Below the pieces are notes generated by a model. That model searched no databases. It had not been told where the DNA came from and saw only the letters and a list, made by a program, of their open reading frames with translations. Below, one piece after another: positions 24,301 through 34,939 of a stretch of DNA of 64,000 nucleotides. The DNA is from Leidyana gryllorum EB-2025a. Taxonomy: Eukaryota; Protista; Apicomplexa. The stretch covers positions 1-64,000 of the forward strand of contig JBLWGC010000136.1 of NCBI GenBank assembly GCA_048772705.1, given 5' to 3'. The translations under genes were made by a program, and so were the position numbers. Positions within the stretch are counted from its first letter, which is position 1. Every line of letters begins with the position of its first letter.

Positions 24301-25820
24301 TGCTGCACTGGCCAACAGCTCGTCCACGAAGGATATGAAATCATCAAAGTCGTCTGTGCTCATCAAGCAGCGAGTTGTCGTTCCCGTCATGGGGTCAATT
24401 GCGAGGCTCACCAACAGCGTGCTGAACCCGGAGTCCGACATCACCGCAGGACCGGCACTGCACTGTTTGCCGGTCAAGATTCTGTACTGGGGTCGGGTCC
24501 TCCATGGGCTCTGGGATGTCCAAACATTGGCACACCATTGACCTGCGATCCAGCAGTGGGCGATCAATCTTCATACTGAGCAGTCTGAAAGCTCTGTCCA
24601 ACTATACACGAGTGTCGCTGTGCCGGGTCCCTCCACTCACAGCAGCGCCGAAATGAGGGGCTCGGAAACACAAATGGTCGGTGACTTGCTCAGGCAAGAC
24701 TGTTGTTCAAGGCGGCTTGTGGGAATCAGCACGATGTGAATAGGCTCCTTACCTTGTAACAAGCTGAACATTGAGGATTGTATATGGGTCCTGACCATGG
24801 GATCGGGATGGGCGAACAACACCAATTGCACTCGCCACAGCGAGCACTGATCACAAGTCGAGTCATTGAGCGAGCACCAGAAATTGACCTCCCCTTACCT
24901 CCACGGCGCCATCCGAGGTTTTGATCAGTGCCGTCACCGTGTCGGAGTCCACCATTTGAGCAATACTCTTGATGAGTGAGACGAAGCAACTCACGAAATC
25001 TGAACCTTCGGCACTCTCCAGATCGGCCACTGTGATGAGACCCTCGTACGTAGCAGGTGACTCCAAATAGGTGGCCACGGCCAATGAGCGAAGGGTGCTG
25101 GGCAGTATGCCGAAAGGTTCCACTAGGTACAGAGTGGCCTGGAGCACCTCATCTAAGCGAAACCTCTTCAATAATTGTAATACTGCGCTGGGTGTCGTAC
25201 GAGCGCTCTGGGCGGCTATACATAGGGTATGTATCATGGGAGTGAGAATGCTAAAGTAGGTCGAGAGTGATAGACGCGATCTCTTGTCATCCTCCAGCTG
25301 ATACCAAGTTTTTGGCAGCTGGAGGATGAACGAAAGCACCTGGGCGAATATTGCGCAGGTCTTCTCTACCCTGGACAGAGAGAGAGAGTTAGAAGAGTGG
25401 ACTGAGGGCAGAGGCCATGGGTTCTCACTCTTCCGGAACTGATGAGGGCAGCGATGCATCTCTACCTTCGTCGCGCAGTCTCTCGACCACTGCATCGCCC
25501 AGTTGCTCGACGGCCTCTCTGACTTCGGCAATGTCAGGAGGCGTATTTGTATTGTAGAGATGAGTCACATCCTTGGATATCCGTACTCGACTGATAAGAT
25601 CTCGTGGTTTAGCGGAGATGGCATTGGCCCATCGTGATATGAATGAACTGGCAGGGGGAGTCGAAAGTGGAGGTGGAGTGGGTTGCTCTTTCTTATATTG
25701 GAGCCACTCAATAGTCAACTCAGGGAAGAGTGTCGGATTAGCTGTCTCCAAGAAGGAGCCAAAGCCAATCAAATCCAACGCTGCTACTACTCTTGCAAGG
25801 TGAATGTCTACGTTCGTCAT
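21311..25820 (-). CDS. CLEC16A/GFS9(TT9)-like FPL-domain protein, multi-exon
   Basis: VSCFVSLIKSIA and LFAHPDPMVRTHIQSSMFSL resemble the FPL domain (FFNHPESMVRIAVR). C-terminal IPCRV...YLCVHNDHLLMVVPDQELLGYGLVK resembles CLEC16A 'LVEPDVSRLGWGVVK'. ATG 25820 is inferred, and the span could be more than one gene. Confidence 0.68.
21674..21693. repeat. (TCAC)5 tetranucleotide repeat in an intron
   Basis: tcactcactcactcactcac inside a predicted minus-strand intron. Confidence 0.8.
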
Positions 25821-25825
25821 ATATT

Positions 25826-26595
25826 TTACGAAAGGAGTTTCTGAGCCTTGAAATGGTTGGTTAAATGCATGACCGAGAGAATCGTCGAAGCCAGTACAAC
25901 TCCCATCTGCATTAGAGAGCACCAGACGACCCGACTTCCCAGGCTTTGGGTAGAACTGTGAATAGTGAACTCCTGGAATAGCAGTACGAACAAAGGGCGA
26001 CGCGCACAATGCACCAACCTGCTCTTCTTTATAGGCATTCTCAGAGTGGAGGGTGCGAACTTTGTTCGCCAGATTTCTGATCAATTGCTCATTGCTCTCC
26101 ATAGTATGTCCCTTAGCCGCAGCCTTTTGGTGCAGTGACAACATGTACCCTCATGGCGCAGCCGCTCACCGCAAAGTTTATCTCCGTGTCGCCTAGATCT
26201 ACCGAGAAGGTCCATTTTACCATGCTCGTACCAAACCACTGCTCTCAACCTTCAGGAAGAGTTGGACAAAGTACGCTCACTTTAGTGGACGGACAGGATA
26301 TGCACGCTGAATGCTGACCGGGTTCGCGAGTTAGATGCGTCAACTTGCCTTCCGACTCATCCTGTGTAACTTCGCGCTTTGCTACTTCACGACTGTGAGG
26401 ATCCACGATCGTTACAGCACAGGTGATGCCGGGGTTGTCTGCCGCCGCATATGTCACAGTAACGGGCAACGCAGCGGGCGTGTTCTCATAGAAACAGCGT
26501 TTCTGGCCCTCAGACACATAGAAGTAAGCTTTCCCCAGTGCCTGGGCCCGTACAGATCCTGCGCACAACAAGAACACTGCAGTGACCAACTTCAT
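25826..26595 (-). CDS. p24/emp24/TMED GOLD-domain cargo receptor
   Basis: Signal peptide, YFYVSEGQKRCFYE, GQHSACISC, a coiled coil, then RVVWCSLMQ TM and HFKAQKLLS* tail. Confidence 0.92.
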
Positions 26596-26625
26596 CACGT
26601 TTCAAATTTTTTACGGTGAGAGGTG
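26596..26625. promoter_or_regulatory. candidate 30-bp bidirectional promoter core containing AAATTTTTT
   Basis: This is the whole spacer between the divergent TMED and CBF5 start codons. Similar A/T tracts occur at most other gene junctions. Confidence 0.5.
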
Positions 26626-28183
26626 ATGACCAGCAAGTCATCCACCTTTGTCATTGCCCCAGAGGCAAATCCGGCTCCAATTGATACCTCGACTTGGCCG
26701 TTGTTGTTGAAGGTAAGGTTGCATCGCTAAGGTATGGATATTTCTATGGCAGAACTATGCAAAACTCAACGTCCGGACCGGCCATTATACTCCCAGCAAC
26801 TGTGGTTGCTCGCCCCTCAATCGCCCTTTGAGCGAGCATCTGGCTACCGGGATCATCAACTTGGACAAGCCGTCCAACCCATCGAGTCACGAGGTTGTAA
26901 GTTGGGTCAAGCGAATCCTCAAGTGTGAAAAAACTGGGCATTCTGGCACCCTTGATCCAAAAGTCACTGGCTGTCTCCTGGTCTGCTTGAACAGAGCTAC
27001 TCGACTCGTCAAGTCGCAACAAAGCGCCGGAAAAGAATACGTTGCCATAGCTAAGTTCCATGCTACTCCCAAGTCGCGAGGCGAGGTGGAGAGGGCTTTG
27101 TCTACCCTCACGGGCGCCCTTTTCCAACGCCCCCCTGTGATCTCGGCCGTGAAGCGCCAACTTCGAGTTCGTACCATCTACGACTCCAAACTCATTGACT
27201 ACGATGCTGAAAAGAATCTGGCCTGTTTCTGGGTGTCCTGCGAGGCTGGTACATACGTTAGAACGCTGTGCGTCCATTTGGGTCTTCTCATTGGCTGTGG
27301 AGCCCATATGGCCGAGTTGCGCCGTGTGCGCACAGGGTGTCTGTCGGAGGTAGGGTTTGGTTCAACACGCATTTGACTAATTCACTCTCTGCAGGAGGAT
27401 CATTTGGCCACAATGTACGATGTGATGGATGCCCAGCACGTATATGAGACCAGCCGTGACGAGCGGTATCTGCGGCGTGTCGTCCTTCCCTATGAGCTCC
27501 TGCTCGTTGGGATGCCTCGGATTGTCGTGAAAGATAGTGCTGTAAATGCCATCACGTATGGAGCGAAGCTTATGATTCCAGGCGTGCTCCGTTACGAGAA
27601 CGGCATTGACATCAACACAGAAGTGGTTCTCATGACTACAAAGGGGGAAGCGATAGCCATTGGTATAGCTCAGATGACCACAGCTACCATAGCCTCGGTT
27701 GATCACGGCACTGTCGCAGTGATCAAGCGCAACCTGCTTGAGAGAGACACTTACGACATGCGTTGGGGCTATGGGCCACGGGCAAAGGAGAAGAAGGAGC
27801 TCATCCTCAAGGGTCTTTTGGATAAGAACGGGAAGCCGAACGCCAACACGCCGATCACATGGTTGAACGTAAGCACTCCGATCATCCCTTGTTGGTATAC
27901 ATAGTCGCAGGCTGAGGGTATTTTGCCCCGTCTTTGCGGCGGGACGGATGACGTAGCGACCACCAAGTTGGAGTCAGATGTCAAGGTGGAGGTTGTTACA
28001 AAAGAGGAAGAGAAAGCAGACAGCAGCAGTGATGACGAGGATAAGGTAAAGTTTGCATATTGTAGCTTGACGTCATCAAAAACGTTATTGCAGTCAAAGA
28101 AGAAGAAAGATAAGAAGAAGCGGAAACAGCGGGACGGCGCTGAGTCCTCCAAAGATTCAAAGAAGAAGAGAAAGAAAGATTAG
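26626..28183 (+). CDS. CBF5: H/ACA pseudouridine synthase dyskerin
   Basis: [50 protein letters not shown], a PUA domain and a Lys-rich tail. Confidence 0.98.
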
Positions 28184-28290
28184 CTATTGACGGGCTCGTT
28201 AGTTTGTTGCTCGTATCTACTGCCTGCCTGCCTCTCTCTCTCAATCCAATCCAACCCAATCCCTCCATCTCTCGCCTCAACCTTGGCCAC

Positions 28291-31200
28291 ATGTCATTTT
28301 ACCTGCGTGTTGTGCCAGACCGAGGGATCCTCTTTGAGGAGTCTGCCAAACCGAACTCTACCTACCGATTAAGCGTCGGTGATGCGCTCAAGGTGATAAT
28401 CGATTGTGGCGACCGCTTCGCTCAGCTGGATTGCGTCCTGCGAGTGGTGAACGGGGATGGCAGCATATACACCCTCCCATTTGAACGGAGTAACCTTGGA
28501 AGTGGTGTGTGTGAGTGGATACCGACAGTGTCGGGTCCAGCGAAACTTTCAATTTGTTCAAGACCCCTGAATAGCTCAGATACAGATGTTATTCAATCTC
28601 CTGAGAGTCTCATTGTTGTGCAACCTCGTCTGGTTGTGAAAGGGAAAGCCGTACCTCATGAAGGTATCTGCATGTCTACTGTTATATCTCAACGACTGGG
28701 GCCGGTTGAGCGATGGGCAAAGGTTCTACGGATCGTTGCGCGTCAACGGTTCAATGCTGTGCACTTTACGCCTGTGCAAGTTTTGGGAGAGTCTCGGTCG
28801 TCGTATTCCATTGCTGAGCCTACTAAAGTCTCGCCGGTCTTTACAGACAACGGTTGGCAAGCAGTGCGAAAAGTTCTGGACGACATCAGATCCGAATATG
28901 GGTTGCTAGCTTTCAGCGACTTGGTACTGAACCACGCGGCTTCCAACAGTCCTTGGCTCGCCGAGTTCCCCGAGTGCGGTTACAATGAACGAAACTGTCC
29001 ATGGCTGTTGGGTGCGGTCGAGTTAGACAATGTAAGTACCCTCTCACTACTGTGAACCACAAACTCGCACTCTCGCACTCTAATAGGCCATCAAACGCTT
29101 CAATCGCGAACTGGTTGAGGGAAAGTGGTCCAGCCGCTACGGAGTGGGCTCCGAGATCCACTCGGAACAACAATTGTCTTCTCTCCTCAATGCCTTCCGC
29201 GAGCAGTGCTTGAACCACTTCAAGTTATCTTCTTTCTTTGTTCTCGACATCAATGGGTGCTGTGAAGCATTGAGACGCGAACTCCACGCTGGGAAAGAGA
29301 GCAAGAAGTTGCCTCATGCACAAGAAGAGGAATTCGCCTTCAAAGAAGCCTTGAAACTCGTCGGCACCTCTCGCGAGGGCTTCATGATTCCCACAGAGTC
29401 TTTGCTGCAGATCAGCGACAGTGTGGGAAACCTGCGCCGTGTCCTTGAACGCGTGCAGGCCAGACTCTACCGACAAGCAGATGAAGTTTACGACTCGATT
29501 GTCAAAGGTCTGGAAGGCACCGTCAGATATGAGAGATTAGAGAGCAAGAAGGGCAGAATCGACTGCTCGCCCTGGAACTCGCTCGTTCCCTGGTACTTCA
29601 CCCCTGTACGCTGCGCCAAGGACGGTGTCACTTATCATCTCGCCAACAATGGATGGGTGATGGGCTGGGACACCACTCGCGACTTTGCAGACGCGGGCAC
29701 TTTGGTATACCTGAATCGGTCCTTGGTGGCCTGGTCTGACTGTGTCAAACTGCGCTATGGTCAGTGTCCAGAGGACGCGCCCGAGCTTTGGAGAAGAATG
29801 GCGGAATACTGCGAGCTCACGGCCGAAGCCTTCGATGGTGTGCGCCTGGATAACTGTCATTCAACGCCTCTCCATGTTGGCAAGGTAACTAACCAAGAAA
29901 AAGAACTTCTCCACATTCTTCTCGCAGTACCTTCTGAGCAGAGCGCGCTGCAAGAGACCCAATCTCTTCGTCTTTGCTGAGCTCTTCACTGGCGATGCTG
30001 CTCGCGACGTCACTTACGAGCGTGAATTGGGGCTGGATGCTCTCGTCCGAGAGGCGGTCCAAACGTCCTCGCCAGGCGATCTTGGATGGCACGCCCTCAA
30101 GTTTGGCAGTCGACGAGTTGGAGAGTTGCCGTTGAAGCAAAAGACACCTGACTTCCATGTCGCAGGAGAGAAGTGTGAGCTCCTGCAGCCCAGCCATGCA
30201 AAGACTCTATTCTACGATTGCACTCACGACAACGAGACGCCCTTCCAGAAGGGCCGCGCTCAAGACGTTCTGGCGTGCGCAGCAATGGTGAATGCGTCAC
30301 CGTACGCCGTAGGATCGACGTTCGGTTACGAAGTCTTGGTGAAAAGCAACCCGTCCGTGATGGCTGATGGCAAGTTGTATCAAATCTATAACATACAAGA
30401 CGAGGACCAGCAAGCCGACCGCGAGCCAGCGGAAGCAGTGCACATCAAGTGGCTGGGCCGTGCGCAAAGCGTGAAACTCTGGGGAAGCTTCAACGCTTGG
30501 CGCGACGGAGTCGAGATGCAGCCTTCTGGATCATCCGAGGAGTGGCATCTCGAACTCCCGGCAGCAGAGTATGGAGATTGGATCTTGAGACAGGACATAC
30601 AGTTCAAGTTTGTTGTCGACGGACAGTGGCTGACCAGTCCTCACTACCAGCGATCTCGGACCGCCGATGGCCACGAGAACAATGTCTTCAATCTCGCTCC
30701 CGAGCCAAGCAGCGATCTCAACAAGAATCCAGGCATTGTGGAAGCCCGCAGACTCTTGAACGAAATTCATCAGCGCCTCAACTCTGAAGGTTTCACTGAA
30801 GTCAACGTGCAATGGCCGTGTTCGGACTTCACTGTAATTGAGCGCCATTCGCCCTCGTCTGGTCTTGCCGCCTACTTCTTTATCCGTTCACACTGGTGGA
30901 AAGGCGCAGACCGACCGGACACGAGCAATGTAAGGCATGTGGGACGGACAGTGAGGTAATCTTTCAATCAGGTGGCGGTCCGTGGCCGTGTGATTCGGAA
31001 AGTCTTGGGAGCCCGAGTGCATATTGATCAAGGACAATTCCACATTGGAGCCGATGGAAATGAAATTAGGGGAATGGCTGACCAGCACAGTTGCTTGGTG
31101 TCCCTTCCCGACCCCCACAGCCATTACGAGAGCAACAATGACATGACTCATTTCAACTTTGACTACTTGCCCAGTGGATCTGTCTACATGGTCTTCTCAG

Positions 31201-33377
31201 AGGTGCGCCGCCCGGAACCCCAAATACATCTGCTGCTGGACAAAGAATTGGCCGAGGCTTTGGCTTCTGTTACTCTGGATTGCATCAACAGGGTGCTGTG
31301 GAGTTGCGATCGTGAAGAGCGTGATAGATCCAATCACACACGGGGAGTGTACCAATTCCCAGGCATGTCAACTCTGGAGTACGCTGGCATCAGTGGCGTG
31401 ATCCAAGCCATCCAAGACGCCAGAATGCACAATCAAGAGGCTGATCATCCATTTGTGGCCAACGTGAAGAGTGGTGATTGGCTCATGGACTACCATCTGG
31501 CTCGCGCCGGCACTCTGCCTTGTCAGTCGGAACTTTTCCAAAAGGCGTTGACACGAGCATTGAACTCCATCAAGGGCACTCCTCACAATGACCTCAAGCC
31601 GTCTGCTGTCGATCTCCTCTTCTGTGGCCTCTTCAAAGGATTGGTCCGTCGAGCTTTGGAAGTCATGAACCTTGTTGATTGCCCTGATCTCTTGGTCCAA
31701 GAGATGGCCATCGTAGGCACACAGCTCATCGGCAGCGTGCCAAGCGCCTCTTTGTACGAGACACGCGTCACGCCGACCCTGAGCGCAGGCCTGCCTCACT
31801 TCTCTGCTGAGTACATGCGTGAATGGGGTCGAGATACCTTCATTGCTCTCCCTGGCATGACAGTGGCGACCAACAGATGGGACGATGCTCATCGGGAGAT
31901 TATGGCCTATGCTCGGGTCTGTCGCCACGCCATCCTACCCAATCTGCTTGACTCGGCGAACAAACCCCGATACAACGCCAGAGATGCTGTATGGTATTGG
32001 CTTTATGTAAGTACACCTGACTTCGGCCTCCCCGCAAAGACACATTCTCCCAGTCGATCAGAATGTACGTCACCTATGCTCCGAACGGCAAGGAGTTGCT
32101 CAAGCATTTTGTCCAACTGAAGTACCCCATGTCTCTCGAGTATGATGTGCCTCCAGTCGAGACTCTACAAGAGCTCATTCACACGATCCTATCATGCCAT
32201 TATCGGGTAAAGATTCTTTGATGGAAACCGGCGTGCTATACATCTCATTGGCAGGGCATCAAGTTCCGCGAGTGGAATGCTGGCCGTCAGATCGATGAGC
32301 AGATGAAAGATCCAGGCTTCAACATCGAGATCCGATGCGATGCCAATACGGGTCTCTGCTTTGGAGGTAACCGTCATAACTGTGGTACCTGGATGGACAA
32401 GATGGGATCGTCGGAGAAGGCGGGCAACAAAGGTGTCCCGGCGACTCCTCGGGATGGGGCGCCCATTGAGCTCAGCGCCATCCTTTACTCAACACTTCTC
32501 TGGGTCGTTGAAGAGCTGATGCCAAACAACTTGTGGTCACAAACCCACACCCTGGACTTGGGCGGGCAAAAAGGCATTGCGTACAAAGACTGGCTCGCCA
32601 AAGTGGCCGCTTCGTTCCACAACGCCTACAAGATAACGGCTGACGATGAACGTGTCTATCCACGCATCGCTCACGAGGGTGCCTACAAGGATATCGAGGG
32701 GGTGAGTCTAACAAATGACTTTGTCGACATTAGCGTCACTGCAGTGCTCCGTCGTGGAAGAAAATTATCATCTGAGATGCAACTATTCCTTTGCTCTGTC
32801 CGTGTCCAACCAAATAGCTCCCAAGGTAAGTGTGGAGTACGGGAATGTGAGTGTGGCCCCTCAGGAATATGCCAGACGGGCTCTGGACATTGCTTACCAG
32901 CGGTTGGTGAATGAACCTAATCAAGTGGGAATGAAGACTCTGGATCCCGAACATCCGCTCTACCGAGCAAACTATGATAACTCCAATGATGGTTACGACA
33001 AGAATGTTGCTCATGGATGGAACTACCACAATGGGCCAGAGTGGGTGTGGCCGTTCGGAGCTTGGCTCACAGCCCGATATCTCTACGGCGACGAAGACCC
33101 GAGAAAAGCTGTTTATCACTGTACTGAGAAGCTACGAAATGTCAAGACTTGGTTGAAGAAGAGCCCGTGGTGGGGACTACCCGAGCTCATGGATAACAAT
33201 GGTCGAGTGTGCCGGGACTCGTGTCAGACTCAGTCTTGGTCTGTTGGGCAGATCCAATGGTTCCTGTTCTTGGCAAGCCAACAAGAGGTGACCTGGAAGA
33301 GCTGCAAGGGGCACGATTCTGAGCCCACGAGCGAAACGCAAACGCAAGTGCCAGCCAGTCCTCCACGCTGTCAGTGA
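28291..33377 (+). CDS. AGL: glycogen/amylopectin debranching enzyme (4-alpha-glucanotransferase + amylo-1,6-glucosidase)
   Basis: HFTPVQ, DLVLNH, WSDCVKLRYG, GVRLDNCHSTP, YDCTHDNETP, AGLPHF..WGRDTFIAL, CGTWMDKMGSS, NYHNGPEWVW and GLPEL. Confidence 0.96.
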
Positions 33378-34879
33378 GCAGCAACTTGCTCGCTCACGAA
33401 ATGAAGCGGGATGGATTGCTGAGGCCCCGTGAGAATTCGTCTCTTAATATACAGCAGCCCTGAGTGGCGTGCTACGACAACCTCTGCCCCATTCGCCGCA
33501 ACCGTCTTCTGACAAATATCATCAATGACTATTGGAGGTTGACGAGATTCCGGAAAACTACGCGGCAAAAAGCTGGGAAGCGGGACAAGTTGACGATTCT
33601 GGTGTCTGGAGTCCAAACGTGACGCGACGGGGATGGCTTTGTAGCCAGCCACTTCGCAATCAGATGAGTCCAGAACTAACATTTCCCCCTCTCGAAGAGA
33701 AACCCACTTTTGAGACTCCATTTCAGAGTCCGCCTGAAAAGGTGGAGGTTCGTCAACATTGCGCTGGGGGGCCATCGTCAGGAAAGGCCCAGATGGTTCA
33801 GGCCGGTGCCCTTCGAGTGCCCGCCGTGCAGCCTCTGCACTCCGAAAGGCCGTGTACCCGGAAGGATGAACCATTCGCAGAAACAGGTCCGCGGTCCGAC
33901 AATCATATTCATCCCCGACCACCGTCGGTTCAGCTACTATCCACCCAAAAGTGCCTGTGGCTGTCTCCAAGTCGATATCTTCCAGTGGCTCCAACAGGTA
34001 CACCTCAGACCTGTCGTGCAGTGCCACTGCAAAAACGGGGGCTGCTGGAGGTGCTGGTGGTGGGGGGGATGCTGCTTCCACCAGTTCCTCTCGTCGCTGG
34101 GGAAAGGTCACAGACCTGGCCGAACCCAGCGAACGAGCAGTTCCAACTGAGCGGACTGAGGCAGCCGTTGATCTCTCGGTCGCTGCAGTGCCCAGTGGTA
34201 CTAGATATGAGTCGTAGCCCGATGTTGTCGTCAACTCATCTTCCATAGTTGGAGCCACAAGGATTCGTGGTAGGCTTTCCATACTTGACAGCACCCCTGG
34301 TGACCGTTGCACATCACGGGTATAGCCTATTCCCGCGACTGTGGCTACACATGGCACTCGCCCTTCATCCGAGCCGGAATGCGTGACGGTGTTGCTGCAG
34401 TCGTCTGACCCAGTGGAGCTGTGGTCCACATCCTCTTTGCTCCCAACACACACAATCTCTTCGGTGTCCATTGACTGCTCACACGTCGAGCTGCTCCGTG
34501 GGGAGCTGCTTTCACTGGAGATGCTCCCGCTCCTGTCCGAAGGGGTGGCATTGGCGAGCATGGCTTCACGCTCTTCGCACGCCCTTTTCTGAGCGTCTGG
34601 ACCTAAATCTTCAAGTGTAGCAAAGCGCGCCCGCATGCTCGGACTCAAATCAGCCCAACAGTTGATGATGGCCAACTCTTTGAGGGAATCATAATGCCGT
34701 AGGACATCGCCAGGGAACATTTTAACATCTGCAGTCCCCAAGCTCCAGTCCAATCCCACAATCAGGCCCAAACGGCCTGACAAATCCGCCACCAACACCT
34801 GCCGTACCAGAGTCTCGCTCAATTGTGACTCAACCTGGACTTCAGGGGACAAACACTTCGGCTTGTGATTCGCGTTCAT
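33371..34879 (-). CDS. hypothetical protein (502 aa)
   Basis: Long intronless ORF preceded by AAATTTTTTT on the + strand. No family recognised. Confidence 0.7.
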   Translation of the reverse strand: MNANHKPKCLSPEVQVESQLSETLVRQVLVADLSGRLGLIVGLDWSLGTADVKMFPGDVLRHYDSLKELAIINCWADLSPSMRARFATLEDLGPDAQKRACEEREAMLANATPSDRSGSISSESSSPRSSSTCEQSMDTEEIVCVGSKEDVDHSSTGSDDCSNTVTHSGSDEGRVPCVATVAGIGYTRDVQRSPGVLSSMESLPRILVAPTMEDELTTTSGYDSYLVPLGTAATERSTAASVRSVGTARSLGSARSVTFPQRREELVEAASPPPPAPPAAPVFAVALHDRSEVYLLEPLEDIDLETATGTFGWIVAEPTVVGDEYDCRTADLFLRMVHPSGYTAFRSAEAARRALEGHRPEPSGPFLTMAPQRNVDEPPPFQADSEMESQKWVSLREGEMLVLDSSDCEVAGYKAIPVASRLDSRHQNRQLVPLPSFLPRSFPESRQPPIVIDDICQKTVAANGAEVVVARHSGLLYIKRRILTGPQQSIPLHFVSEQVAAH

Positions 34880-34939
34880 GACACGACACTAAATTTTTTT
34901 ATCGTGATTGAGATTGTCGACTTGATGACATCTCCCACT

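Noticed and set aside
25425-26144. 239-aa ORF suggesting a TMED-CLEC16A fusion
   Set aside because: It arises by reading through a TMED intron. The spliced TMED ends with its normal TM and tail at 25826.
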